Shown here: piece by piece, positions 1-10,132 of the stretch
How positions within the stretch are numbered: the stretch's first letter is position 1
How the letters are laid out: each line of letters starts with the position of its first letter
Made by a program: the position numbers and the translations under genes
The notes under the pieces: generated by a model
Told to the model about the DNA's origin: nothing
The model's database searches: none
The model's input: only the letters and a program-made list of their open reading frames with translations
DNA from: Ignisphaera sp.
GTDB lineage: Archaea; Thermoproteota; Thermoprotei_A; Sulfolobales; Ignisphaeraceae
NCBI GenBank assembly: GCA_038821645.1
Contig: JAWBDT010000017.1
Location: forward strand, 1 to 42,929
Reading direction: 5' to 3'
Length of the DNA: 42,929 nt

Positions 1-2
1 CA

Positions 3-749
3 ATCATAGTAGTTCATCTCTTCGGTCATCCAGCTGACATGAAGATAATAAAGGATATAGCTGAGGATAAAAACATTCTATTGATAGAAGATGCGGCACA
101 AGCGCATGGTGCTGAAGCTTACGGTAGAAAGGTTGGATCTTTTGGTGATGTAGCTACATTCAGTTTCTATGCTACTAAAAATATGACTACAGGTGAAGGA
201 GGAATAGTTGTTTCAGATAATAAAGCTGTTATAGAGAAAGTAAAGCTTTTAAGAAACCATGGTCAGATCGCAAGGTATATTCACAGTGAGCTTGGTGGAA
301 ACTATAGACTAACATCAATACAAGCAGCACTAGGAAGAGTACAGCTTAGAAAATTGGATAAACTCAACGATATAAGGAGGAGCTATGCACATAAGTATAA
401 CACTCTTTTAAGGAATTTAAAAGTCGTGAATACACCTATAGAAAAATCTTGGGCTAAACATGTATACCATGTTTATGCACTAAGGTTTAGAGATGGATTA
501 TGTAGAGATGCTGTATATAGCTGTATGTTGAATAAGGGAATTGAGGTCGCAATACACTATCCTCTACCTTTACATAAACAGCCGTTGTTTAAATCTCTTG
601 GCTACAAAGAATGTTGCATTAATTCATCGCATCTAGCGTCCATGGAGCTAAGCTTACCCATTCATCCTAAGCTAAACGAAGAAGATATAGAGTTTATTGC
701 TGAAACTTTAAAAGAATGTATCGAAATTTACTGCAGTAACTCTATATAG
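3..749 (+). CDS. DegT/DnrJ/EryC1/StrS family PLP-dependent sugar aminotransferase (5'-truncated by window edge)
   Basis: Frame is open from base 3 (IIVVHLFGHPADM...). Motifs IEDAAQAHGA, FSFYATKNMTTGEGG (PLP lysine), GxNYRL and LSLPIHP are present. Confidence 0.93.
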   Translation: MIVVHLFGHPADMKIIKDIAEDKNILLIEDAAQAHGAEAYGRKVGSFGDVATFSFYATKNMTTGEGGIVVSDNKAVIEKVKLLRNHGQIARYIHSELGGNYRLTSIQAALGRVQLRKLDKLNDIRRSYAHKYNTLLRNLKVVNTPIEKSWAKHVYHVYALRFRDGLCRDAVYSCMLNKGIEVAIHYPLPLHKQPLFKSLGYKECCINSSHLASMELSLPIHPKLNEEDIEFIAETLKECIEIYCSNSI

Positions 750-759
750 CTTTATAGAT

Positions 760-1770
760 ATGATTGCACTAGGGTCGAGATTGAGACCTTTTGTAATAAT
801 CACGCATAGAGATCTTGATGGAATAGCTGGTGCATCACTTTACATATACTGTAAAAATCTTTCTGAAGACATGTATAGAGTAATCTTTATAGAACCCAAC
901 AAAATCTTGGATGTATTCAGAAAATATTATAAAAAGAATAGAAAATATGTGGTAATAGACATAGGTCTAAGTAACACTATCTACCAAGACCTTAAACTCA
1001 TAGACTTAACCGAAGTTCATATTGAGTGGTATGATCATCATGTGTGGGAAGATGAATGGATTGAAACTCTAAAGACTAAAAGTGTAGATATACATATTGA
1101 TAGATCAGTTTGTGCCACAGGTGTTGTGGCAAAGAATGTCTGTAGGAATTGTATGAATAGTAGCAGTATAAATGATTTTGTTGAAAGTGTTTGTGGAGCA
1201 GATTTATGGAAATTCAATAGATATGAATCTGCTTTTCTATTCAGATACGCCGATGCTAAAAATACTAATGAGTGGCGCTACAACGTACTTAAAACGTTTA
1301 CTAATTATCTACGTAATAGGGATCATGACTTACTCAGTATCGTTAAAGAAGAAGTTGTTAAATATGTAGATGAAGAGTTGCAAGTTTTATCAAATCTTGA
1401 TAAAGAGGTCATTAAGTTTGTTATGGACGGTGTCACGCTATGTATATACATGAAGAAGGGACACATACCTAGTTCAAGCATTATTGGAAACATATTACTA
1501 AGCAGATGCGATATCGCGGCTATAATCAATGAATCGTTGAAGAGTATAAGCTTTAGATCCTCTAGATGTAATGTGAGAGAATTAGCTAAAATACTCAATG
1601 GTGGTGGTCATATTAAGGCTGCAGGAGCTCCTTTAGAGGTATCAACAATATATAAAGTTCTTAAGAATATAGGTATAGGCGATAGTATAGTTAGGGGAAA
1701 CATCGTTAATAATTTGCTTAATAAAATCGCTAAAAATATTGATTGGAGGAAACTATGTGTTTCTAATTGA
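760..1770 (+). CDS. DHH/DHHA1 family phosphoesterase (nanoRNase/RecJ-like)
   Basis: Motifs THRDLDG, VIDIG, YDHH and C-terminal SFRS...GGGHIKAAG. Confidence 0.9.
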   Translation: MIALGSRLRPFVIITHRDLDGIAGASLYIYCKNLSEDMYRVIFIEPNKILDVFRKYYKKNRKYVVIDIGLSNTIYQDLKLIDLTEVHIEWYDHHVWEDEWIETLKTKSVDIHIDRSVCATGVVAKNVCRNCMNSSSINDFVESVCGADLWKFNRYESAFLFRYADAKNTNEWRYNVLKTFTNYLRNRDHDLLSIVKEEVVKYVDEELQVLSNLDKEVIKFVMDGVTLCIYMKKGHIPSSSIIGNILLSRCDIAAIINESLKSISFRSSRCNVRELAKILNGGGHIKAAGAPLEVSTIYKVLKNIGIGDSIVRGNIVNNLLNKIAKNIDWRKLCVSN

Positions 1771-1876
1771 CTTGTTTAAGTTGATAAGTATATACAAGTT
1801 CATAACTTTATGGCTTTATCTTTAAGATGCTTTACATCTATTATTAGATAAGGATAACGATTTCAAAGAAATTAAA

Positions 1877-3319
1877 TTAAAGGACATCGCTTTCATTTGG
1901 AACATACTTTATAGATATTCCTTGGAATTGTTCTCCAAACCACTTTAACTGATTCTGTATAGATTTCCTCATCTGTTCATTTATATTGAATCTCTGTCTA
2001 GCCCAGAGAAGAGTTTCTTCTGTTACACGTCCCTCACCTTTACTAGCGGCTAACCTTATAAAAGCCTCTATTTCTGCATTACTAAACCACCTAGTTAGAT
2101 TGGCTATAGTCTCTAGAAGTTCTGACTTAAGGTCTATTTTATATTTCTCGGCACTTCTTAAAGCAATTCTTTTTCTAAACTCTCTATCAGGATAACCCAT
2201 CACTATTACAGCATCTATTCTACCAGGTCTAATTAGTGCTGGATCGAGAAGTTCTGGAACATTTGTTGTGAGTACTGTTAATGGTCTTGATGTTTCTTGT
2301 AGATACCTTAAGAGTATTGTTATCTCACTCACATGAGTTTCATGAAGAGAGACGTGTCTACCCACAAGAAAATCAGCATCATCTAGCAAAACAAGAGAGT
2401 TCTTTCGAGATTTTATGTTCTTCAGTATTCCCTCCAATATTTTCTCTGTCAAACCGTACCACATAGATCTATAAAGACTGGGTCTAAGTTCAATTATCTT
2501 TAACTTGAGAGCGGATGCAATTATCTCAGCAGTCACACTTTTACCTACACCTGGTGGACCTGTTATCATTATTCCTCGTGGTGCATAGGGGGCATTACTA
2601 GCTATAGGCTTTATAACTATAGTTTCAATTTCTTCTCTAAGTCTTGAAGGAAGATCATCTAAACACCATGTAGATGTCCTTATAGGTATTTTGATCCTTA
2701 GAGCTTCATGAAATTCGGGTACAGATATCTCTATATACTTGTCTTCTATCTTGTTTTCGAAAGTTACCAGAATACTGCGAGTTCTTAGGGGAATTGATGA
2801 AACATCTATACTCTTGTTCAGCTTTAATGGTTGTGATACATAAAACCAAGCCATTTTGAATAAACTGCCGAGTTGACGAATCTCTATGTGTTTTTCGTCA
2901 CTTCTAACTAACGCTATGAATAGAGTAGGTTTCTTACTTACATTCTTGGCATCTTTCTTTGTCACTAATGCAGCATTATGTATAACACCACTACCTTCTT
3001 TCGATATATCTATATATGCTATCAATGCCTGAGAATGAGGTTCATATTTGTTCAAGTATAGCGGTAGTATTGTTGCAGAAAGTAGGTGTACTAGATAAGA
3101 TAGTTTTTCAGGCTCTAGATGCGATATCTGTGAACCTCTTATCCTAAGCTTTATGTTAGCCTCTAAAGGAAATCTAAAATACTTTGAGATCTTAGATAGT
3201 ATTGAAATAACACGTGTATTAGGTACGGCTGGAATTGTTTCAACAACATATACTTTGTGACTCGTCATCTTAATTGGTGTGAAGCTGTAAGTTTTCGTAC
3301 TTTCTACGTGATGACTCAC
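1877..3319 (-). CDS. Single-domain AAA+ ATPase with ~210-aa unrecognised N-terminal region
   Basis: Walker A GPPGVGKS, Walker B LLDDAD, second region of homology TTNVPELLDPALIRPGRID. Confidence 0.88.
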   Translation of the reverse strand: MSHHVESTKTYSFTPIKMTSHKVYVVETIPAVPNTRVISILSKISKYFRFPLEANIKLRIRGSQISHLEPEKLSYLVHLLSATILPLYLNKYEPHSQALIAYIDISKEGSGVIHNAALVTKKDAKNVSKKPTLFIALVRSDEKHIEIRQLGSLFKMAWFYVSQPLKLNKSIDVSSIPLRTRSILVTFENKIEDKYIEISVPEFHEALRIKIPIRTSTWCLDDLPSRLREEIETIVIKPIASNAPYAPRGIMITGPPGVGKSVTAEIIASALKLKIIELRPSLYRSMWYGLTEKILEGILKNIKSRKNSLVLLDDADFLVGRHVSLHETHVSEITILLRYLQETSRPLTVLTTNVPELLDPALIRPGRIDAVIVMGYPDREFRKRIALRSAEKYKIDLKSELLETIANLTRWFSNAEIEAFIRLAASKGEGRVTEETLLWARQRFNINEQMRKSIQNQLKWFGEQFQGISIKYVPNESDVL

Positions 3320-3377
3320 TGGATTTTACACCTAGCTACTTTTTAGGAATAAAGTTTTTAAGTTCGCCACATATATT

Positions 3378-5189
3378 CTATGCATAGTCTACTTCATCAT
3401 CTATATCTTCTAGATCTAGGATATTGTAATAATCTTTAAGCTTATCCAATACTGGTGCATAGGTCTTTCTATATGGTTCTCCTTTAACCATCTTCTCTAC
3501 AATATCTTTGCTTCTAACATACTTGTTTTCGGCTAATGATTTCTCTCCATATATTTTCAGATAATCCTGAATAGGTATTCCAAAACTTTTGTGAGGAGTG
3601 TCTCTATATATGTCGTTTAAGATATTGAATGCACAGAAAGGTACTATTCTTCCATCTGGAAGAGCGTAATGCACAGCACATCTACTGACTCGCGAGATAT
3701 CATAGTTCCATTCATCCATGAAATGCATCATACCTATAAACAGAAATCTGTAGTGGAATCTACCAAGAGCATGGTAATTACGTTTAATGAATATATCGAG
3801 CAATATCGATCTAAGCTCATTTCTAATCTCTGTTGGAACCTTCTTCCATTCCACGAATTTGTTGAGTATATCGAATACTGATTTAAGTCCATAGAGCTTT
3901 GCAAGATATTTTGGTTTATTTGATAATAGCTCAACTCTGTTATTTAAGTAATCTAGCAGTCCATCAGCATCAATAAACCTAGTTATAGGTACGAATCTAA
4001 AACCATTATCCTTCTTCTCAACGTATACATATGTAGCAGCACCACAAGCTGGATGACATGTGAATTCTGCTCTTTTTGATGGACTTAAGAGTTCAAGGAA
4101 TCTAGCTATAGGTACTGATGCACCTACAGGAAACCATGCATACTTATCTATTTCGCCATTAGTTTGATCTTCTATAGCTTTGATGAGATCTGGTATCGTT
4201 ACTCTATATCGAGATCTTTCCTGCTTTCTCATCATACCTACAAGACTAACTGGTTGAAAGTTCACAGCCCTAACTATATCCATGTTGTGAGCAGCAACAT
4301 TTATTATATCACCAAGTTCATGATCGTTAATGCCTTTGATAACTGTAGGGACAAAAACTATGCTAGTCATACCCCCCTCTCTAAAAGCTTCTAGTGTGTA
4401 AGGTACCTCCCAATGATTCTTAGGATTAGTTTTTGGAGTAACTCCATCGAAACTCAGATAAACTGTATTCACACCTGCTTCTCGCAAGCTCTTAGTGTAA
4501 GCCACAGCATTATCTCTATTCTCTATATAGAGTTTAGCAAACTTTATTCCATGTGTATTTAGCTGTATATGTCTAACACCTAGATCTCGTAACAGCTTAA
4601 CTATATCGATAAGGTCTTCTCGTAGAGTAGGCTCTCCTCCTGTAAGTTGTACAGATAGAACTATGTTTGTCTGCTTCTTTAAACCATCAATCATGTTCTT
4701 AATATCATCAAGCGATGGTTCATAAACATAACCAGCTCTTTCAGCAAAATAGAAACAGTACCAACAACTTAAATCACATCTATTTGTAACATCAATGTTT
4801 AAGAGAGCTGTATGTGTTTTATGCATAGAGCAAAGACCACAGTTTAAGGGACAGGGAGCTGAAGTGGCTGTATATATATGTCCCGGTCCCCCTCCTTCAA
4901 AATAGTATTTCTCAAATCGCCTAAATATCTCGGAATCAGAGAAATATACTTCCTCTACCTCACCATGATCAGGACATGTACGCTTAATGTAGAGAGAACC
5001 ATTTCTTTCAATCACAATTGCAGGAAGAATCCTGAAACAATATGGACATAGAGAAGAGGTGTAACGTATGAGCCTTTCATCACTATCTAGTTGCGGTAAA
5101 GGTCCACCAACGGCAATCTCCTTCTTACCCACATATACTATATTTCTCTCTTTATCATATTGTGCAACAATCTTTAATTCATCACTCAA
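3378..5189 (-). CDS. tes: Radical SAM tetraether lipid synthase (Tes / GDGT macrocyclic archaeol synthase)
   Basis: N-terminal CPYC...CPDHG, CPLNCGLCSMH cluster, radical SAM CDLSCWYC, QLTGGEP, HPACG and C-terminal RCAVHYALPDGRIVPFCAFN, matching the Tes architecture. Confidence 0.88.
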   Translation of the reverse strand: MSDELKIVAQYDKERNIVYVGKKEIAVGGPLPQLDSDERLIRYTSSLCPYCFRILPAIVIERNGSLYIKRTCPDHGEVEEVYFSDSEIFRRFEKYYFEGGGPGHIYTATSAPCPLNCGLCSMHKTHTALLNIDVTNRCDLSCWYCFYFAERAGYVYEPSLDDIKNMIDGLKKQTNIVLSVQLTGGEPTLREDLIDIVKLLRDLGVRHIQLNTHGIKFAKLYIENRDNAVAYTKSLREAGVNTVYLSFDGVTPKTNPKNHWEVPYTLEAFREGGMTSIVFVPTVIKGINDHELGDIINVAAHNMDIVRAVNFQPVSLVGMMRKQERSRYRVTIPDLIKAIEDQTNGEIDKYAWFPVGASVPIARFLELLSPSKRAEFTCHPACGAATYVYVEKKDNGFRFVPITRFIDADGLLDYLNNRVELLSNKPKYLAKLYGLKSVFDILNKFVEWKKVPTEIRNELRSILLDIFIKRNYHALGRFHYRFLFIGMMHFMDEWNYDISRVSRCAVHYALPDGRIVPFCAFNILNDIYRDTPHKSFGIPIQDYLKIYGEKSLAENKYVRSKDIVEKMVKGEPYRKTYAPVLDKLKDYYNILDLEDIDDEVDYA

Positions 5190-5398
5190 ATAATGTACAC
5201 CAAAGTGCTATATAATATTGTTGAGGTATATAACAGTAGCTGTAGTAAAGACCTCCATACTTATTACTACAAAAGTATGTTGTGTTACGTAATACTTGAG
5301 TATATTGTGAGTATTTATATTGAATTCCTATATTTGGTTCATCTCTTATAGTATATCGAAATTGTAACCTAATTTTATGTACTTATAGTCTTTACTAG

Positions 5399-6370
5399 GT
5401 GTTACGATTGAGGCCCTGTGTTGTTTTTGGTTTACCTGATACATTGATACGGATCTGGGAACTTATACCAGATATAGAAGTAATGATTAATAGCATTAGA
5501 TGGAGATGGGATAGGCCTAAGGTTCATAGGGTATGGGTTGATTCGGGAGGGTATCAGATTATGATTAAAGGAATTGATATGGATGTAAAGACTGTAGCTG
5601 AAAAATATAGGAATATAGAGGGAGATATATTCATATCTCTAGATAAACCACCACAAGATCTTTGCAGTAAGTCTAAAGATCTTGTTGAATACAACATCAA
5701 GAACTTTGAATATCTTTACGAGAGAATAGAAAATAAGAAAATTGTTCCCGTTATTCATTGCTATAAAAGTGATCTACTTCTTTACGCAATAGATGTATAC
5801 AGTTCATACAATGTAGATGTTATAGCATATGGTGGCGCAGTTCCACCATCTATGGCTAAAGCCGGTAGAGGGAGTAGAACTATACCTTTACTCGCTTTAG
5901 CTATTATCCGAAAAACGTTTAACGGATGGATACATGCGCTAGGTATTGGTGGAACGCCAGCTATATACAAAGCATTGTCTATACTTAGAGTAAATTCTAT
6001 GGATTCATCTTCTTGGAGAACAAAAGCAGCATACGGTAAGGTCATGATTCCAGGATTAGGTGAAAGATATGTAGGAAATGGTAAGGCGGTCTTTGGAAGA
6101 AAAGATCTATCTAAAGATGATTTTAATATTCTTGAAAATGCGCTTAAAAAATCAGGTTTCCCGTATATTGATAGACTAGAGGATTTGTTAAAAACTTTTC
6201 GAGGGAGATGTTTAATTAATGCATGGATCATGAAACATTTTATCGATATTATATACAATGATAATGGCTTTATGTGGATGATAAAGTATGCTAATATGTA
6301 TGAATCATATAGTGTAGAAGAGCTCGTGACATTACTAGATAAAAAACTGAAAAGAAGATTAGTGAATTGA
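5399..6370 (+). CDS. tRNA-guanine transglycosylase (TGT/DpdA)-fold protein, catalytic domain only
   Basis: DSGGYQ, LDxPP, GGAVPP, IHALG and DSSSW...AAYG motifs. No Zn-binding CxCxxC and no PUA domain. Confidence 0.75.
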   Translation: MLRLRPCVVFGLPDTLIRIWELIPDIEVMINSIRWRWDRPKVHRVWVDSGGYQIMIKGIDMDVKTVAEKYRNIEGDIFISLDKPPQDLCSKSKDLVEYNIKNFEYLYERIENKKIVPVIHCYKSDLLLYAIDVYSSYNVDVIAYGGAVPPSMAKAGRGSRTIPLLALAIIRKTFNGWIHALGIGGTPAIYKALSILRVNSMDSSSWRTKAAYGKVMIPGLGERYVGNGKAVFGRKDLSKDDFNILENALKKSGFPYIDRLEDLLKTFRGRCLINAWIMKHFIDIIYNDNGFMWMIKYANMYESYSVEELVTLLDKKLKRRLVN

Positions 6371-6455
6371 CATATGGATTACCCTTTATTGTCTCAGATT
6401 GTTGTTACTAAAAACTTAATATTTAGGTCATGACTATATATTTTTAGCGAGTAGC

Positions 6456-6986
6456 ATGCATAGGTACATACCTATTCCCGTTAGACAGATAACCTATATC
6501 ACCACAAATATCTCTAGCCGTCATCTTATTAATGAATCCATGTATTTAATACCATCTGAATCAAACTACAATGTATCTGTATATCAGAAACCTCTTGAAA
6601 ACACAATAATATATGTCGTTCTATATGTATTGTTGATAATTATAGTGGGAAGTTTGATTTACATACTGTTTCTCTATTCACGACACAGGTATACGGGATA
6701 TGTACCGGTTATATCAATGTATAGACGTACAGAAGAACTAGATGTATTAGCAATCACATATAGCTATAAAGGTATAGCTAAAATATTGCGTGAGCTATTC
6801 ATAAAAGTAAGGAATAAAATTGGTTGTAGATATTGTACACCTAGAGAAACAGCATTAAAAAAATTCTCAGAGCCATTGCTACAACTATTTGCACAAATAT
6901 ATGAAGAAGTTGTTTATGGTTCGAAACATCGAGAAGATGTATATAAAGTTATTGGTAAAGTGAAGAACATTGTTGAAAAAGAATAG
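6456..6986 (+). CDS. Membrane-anchored protein, DUF4129-like
   Basis: One TM helix, TPRE and FxxxYEEVVYG motifs, first gene of the MoxR cluster. Confidence 0.65.
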   Translation: MHRYIPIPVRQITYITTNISSRHLINESMYLIPSESNYNVSVYQKPLENTIIYVVLYVLLIIIVGSLIYILFLYSRHRYTGYVPVISMYRRTEELDVLAITYSYKGIAKILRELFIKVRNKIGCRYCTPRETALKKFSEPLLQLFAQIYEEVVYGSKHREDVYKVIGKVKNIVEKE

Positions 6987-7938
6987 ACTGTTTTTAATAT
7001 TACTTGGATTCATATGCTTACTGCTACTCATATCATCTCCAGTTACCTTATTTATGTCACTCGAAATGGATCCTCCATCAGTATACAATAGAGGTTTTGG
7101 TGGACTAGAGAGATATGCTGTAGACACTATGCTTGGTAAAAAAGTGGAGATAATATTCAGATTTAGTGATCTTTATAGATTCGATCCAGAAGACTTTTCA
7201 CTCCTTATAGTAGGACCTGATGAAGAGCTTCAAGATATCGAGAAAATTATTGATTGGATAAGTAGAGGCGGTATAGCTATAGTATTAGATGAACTTAACT
7301 ACACTAAACCATTGATGACACTATTAGGGATTTCTCGAGGAGATATGTTTAATATAATTGATGTAGCTGATTGTCACTTTGATGGTATACAGATGAAGAT
7401 TCTAGTAAACGTTTTTACTGAGATCCTATCAGATAATGTTGATGATATACAACAGATATGTAGATACATCAATATACCTATAGCTATACGAGTTAGATAT
7501 GGTAAAGGTATGATCGTTTTTATTGGAGATTCAAGTTTGGTAATAAACGATGTTTATCTAAAGTCTCCACAATGGTATAGAATTAACTCTGAATTTATTC
7601 GTTTGTTATCTATGGATAGAGATATAATAATATACGAAGGCTCTAGAAAGTATAGTAGAATTACGTCTGCATTTATAGCGCTAGTCATATCAAACATAAA
7701 CAATGGAATACCAGATGTAATGAATATTGTTATTGGTGATTCATTAATGAATAGATTAGCAACTGCAATTATCTTAATGTTTGTATCTGTTTTATACACT
7801 ATGTACAAATTTGGGATACCTAAGTATAGAATAGATGAAAGCATCACATTTAAATATGTAGAGCGTATAGAGCATCAAGAGTTTAAGGAGAAAGTAAGAA
7901 AAGGTATGCTCTCATGGATAAAGAGTATAGAGAAGTAA
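6970..7938 (+). CDS. Secreted/membrane protein, DUF4350-like
   Basis: N-terminal signal/TM, SVYNxGxGGL, WISRGG, YGKG..FIGDSSLVIND, C-terminal TM. Lies directly upstream of MoxR. Confidence 0.65.
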   Translation: MLKKNRLFLILLGFICLLLLISSPVTLFMSLEMDPPSVYNRGFGGLERYAVDTMLGKKVEIIFRFSDLYRFDPEDFSLLIVGPDEELQDIEKIIDWISRGGIAIVLDELNYTKPLMTLLGISRGDMFNIIDVADCHFDGIQMKILVNVFTEILSDNVDDIQQICRYINIPIAIRVRYGKGMIVFIGDSSLVINDVYLKSPQWYRINSEFIRLLSMDRDIIIYEGSRKYSRITSAFIALVISNINNGIPDVMNIVIGDSLMNRLATAIILMFVSVLYTMYKFGIPKYRIDESITFKYVERIEHQEFKEKVRKGMLSWIKSIEK

Positions 7939-8882
7939 TAGAAATTGATGTAAAGAAGTGCGGAGAACTTATTGTTAAAGCTCTAGATCAAGTACAAAAG
8001 AAGGTTATTGGAAAAAGGAAAGAACTAGAATTAATATTAGCAACTCTTTTAGCTGAAGGACATGTGCTTTTAGAGGGTGTTCCAGGGGTAGCTAAAACGC
8101 TTATGGCTAAAACTATAGCTTTAGTTTTTGATCTAGATTTCAAGCGGGTTCAAGCTACACCAGATCTTCTGCCTTCAGATATCTTGGGAAGTCAGATATA
8201 TGATGTTAAGACGGGTCAATTTGTATTTAGGAAAGGTCCTATTTTTACAAATATACTCTTTGTTGATGAAATAAATAGAGCTCCTCCAAAAACACAAAGT
8301 GCTTTGCTTGAAGCTATGCAGGAAAAACAAGTAACAATTGAAGGTATTACCTATAGACTTCCACAACCATTTCTAGTTATAGCAACCATGAATCCTATTG
8401 AGATTGAAGGTACATTCCCATTATCGGAAGCACAAGTAGATAGATTTTTATCTAAAATCGAAATAGGGTATCCAACAGCTGAAGAAACTGTCGAAATACT
8501 TAACAAATACTATGAAGTAATAGACATGAGCGATATCGTACCAGCTCTAGAATTGAGGGACGTTCTCATGTTAATTAATACTGTCAAAAAGATTTATGTT
8601 GATATAAATATTAAGAGGTATATAGCGTCGATAATTGAGATGACTAGACGTCATCCAATGGTGAAGCTAGGAGCATCACCAAGAGGCGCTATAGCGTTAT
8701 ACACGCTATCTAAGTCGATAGCATTAATCAAAATGAGAGACTATGTGATTCCTGACGACGTAAAGTACGTAGCTTATGCAGCTCTTTCACATAGATTGAT
8801 CCTTCGTGGTGAAGCGAGAATTTCGGGGATAACAGTTAAGGATGTTATCGATGATGTTTTATCTAAGGTCGAGCCTCCTTGA
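7914..8882 (+). CDS. moxR: MoxR family AAA+ ATPase
   Basis: GHVLLEGVPGVAKT, RVQATPDLLPSDILG, DEINRAPPKTQSALLEAMQE, NPIEIEGTFPL, GASPR. Confidence 0.95.
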   Translation: MDKEYREVIEIDVKKCGELIVKALDQVQKKVIGKRKELELILATLLAEGHVLLEGVPGVAKTLMAKTIALVFDLDFKRVQATPDLLPSDILGSQIYDVKTGQFVFRKGPIFTNILFVDEINRAPPKTQSALLEAMQEKQVTIEGITYRLPQPFLVIATMNPIEIEGTFPLSEAQVDRFLSKIEIGYPTAEETVEILNKYYEVIDMSDIVPALELRDVLMLINTVKKIYVDINIKRYIASIIEMTRRHPMVKLGASPRGAIALYTLSKSIALIKMRDYVIPDDVKYVAYAALSHRLILRGEARISGITVKDVIDDVLSKVEPP

Positions 8883-10129
8883 AGATAACGCTTCCCGGCA
8901 TTATCCACATCATGTTATCACTACTTCTCATCTTTTATGCTTATATTAATCGAGATCCAATGGTATTCGCCCTCTCTTTATCATTTGTATTGATAATATA
9001 TTATGAATATACATCGTTTACTGAAGCTGTAAAAGCTATAGATAAAGTATGCATAAAGAGAGAATTAGAGAAGAAGGTATCGAATGAGTTAGAAGAAGTA
9101 GTTATGAAGATTATTATAGAGAATGGAAGTGATATTACCTTTCCACGTGTAATCTTGAAGGATATTATTCCTCAGCTAGTTTCTTCAGATCCAGCTAAGC
9201 CTGTATTTAGTATTGTTATACCGTCTAAAAGTTCTTTAGCAATAGAATATAAGGTAAAACCTCTAGTACCAGGAGTACATGATTTCCAGGTATTTGATGT
9301 AATTATTTCAGATGCTCTTGGATATTTTTACGAGAATGTCTCTATCGAGAGTAGAGATTCTCTTGTGGTACTACCTCTCTACAGTTCCACATCTATAGAT
9401 GTAAAGAGTCTACAGAGGATGATGGGAATAGCGCTAAAAGGAAAAGCAATAGGTGGAGCATTTGAGTTAGCTAATATTAGAGACTATGTAGTTGGAGATG
9501 ATACTAGAAAGATTCTATGGAAAATATATGCTAAAACTGGTAAGCTTATGGTTAGAGAAGATTTTGGTGAGACTAGAGCTAAAGTTTTAGTTCTAATAGA
9601 TATGAAGAAGAATCTATGGAGTATTGGTGAACCACCCAACACATTAGCTCAGATACAGCTTAGATATGCTAGATCACTTATAGACTACCTTGTTAGAAAT
9701 AGATGTACAGTTGATGTAGCTTTATGTAGTGGTCTAGTTCCGAAAGTTGCAAGAAATTTTGAGGAAAAAACCATAGAGTCTCTGTACAATATAATGTCGG
9801 TTCTACCTGTAGGTGGAGGTTGTGAATCCCCTCTATCTGTTTTCATAGATAGTGTGTATCATCTAGGAAGAGTACCTGAGTTCTACGATATTGTGATCCT
9901 TGTTACGAATCCCCTCTCACTAGTTATGGAATCTATAGATAGTCTCAATAGCTTGATGGAGACGTTTCCAGGTAAATTGGTTGTGACTATACCTAGGTAC
10001 AGGTATGATGAGATAGTTGAAGAAGAATTACTAAAGAATTTCTTGAAGAGTATAGCAACCATTATAGAAAGAGGTGGAATAGGTTTAGTGATTTCTGAAG
10101 AAGAAATGAGCGTAACTCACAGAGGATGA
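8879..10129 (+). CDS. DUF58 domain (vWA-like) membrane protein
   Basis: Two N-terminal TM helices and IRDYVVGDDTRKILWK..AKTGKLMVRE motif. TTGA overlap with moxR. Confidence 0.85.
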   Translation: MKITLPGIIHIMLSLLLIFYAYINRDPMVFALSLSFVLIIYYEYTSFTEAVKAIDKVCIKRELEKKVSNELEEVVMKIIIENGSDITFPRVILKDIIPQLVSSDPAKPVFSIVIPSKSSLAIEYKVKPLVPGVHDFQVFDVIISDALGYFYENVSIESRDSLVVLPLYSSTSIDVKSLQRMMGIALKGKAIGGAFELANIRDYVVGDDTRKILWKIYAKTGKLMVREDFGETRAKVLVLIDMKKNLWSIGEPPNTLAQIQLRYARSLIDYLVRNRCTVDVALCSGLVPKVARNFEEKTIESLYNIMSVLPVGGGCESPLSVFIDSVYHLGRVPEFYDIVILVTNPLSLVMESIDSLNSLMETFPGKLVVTIPRYRYDEIVEEELLKNFLKSIATIIERGGIGLVISEEEMSVTHRG

Positions 10130-10132
10130 ACA

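Noticed and set aside
3378-5189. Multi-cluster radical SAM enzyme as a novel system
   Set aside because: Its architecture matches the already characterised tetraether synthase family.
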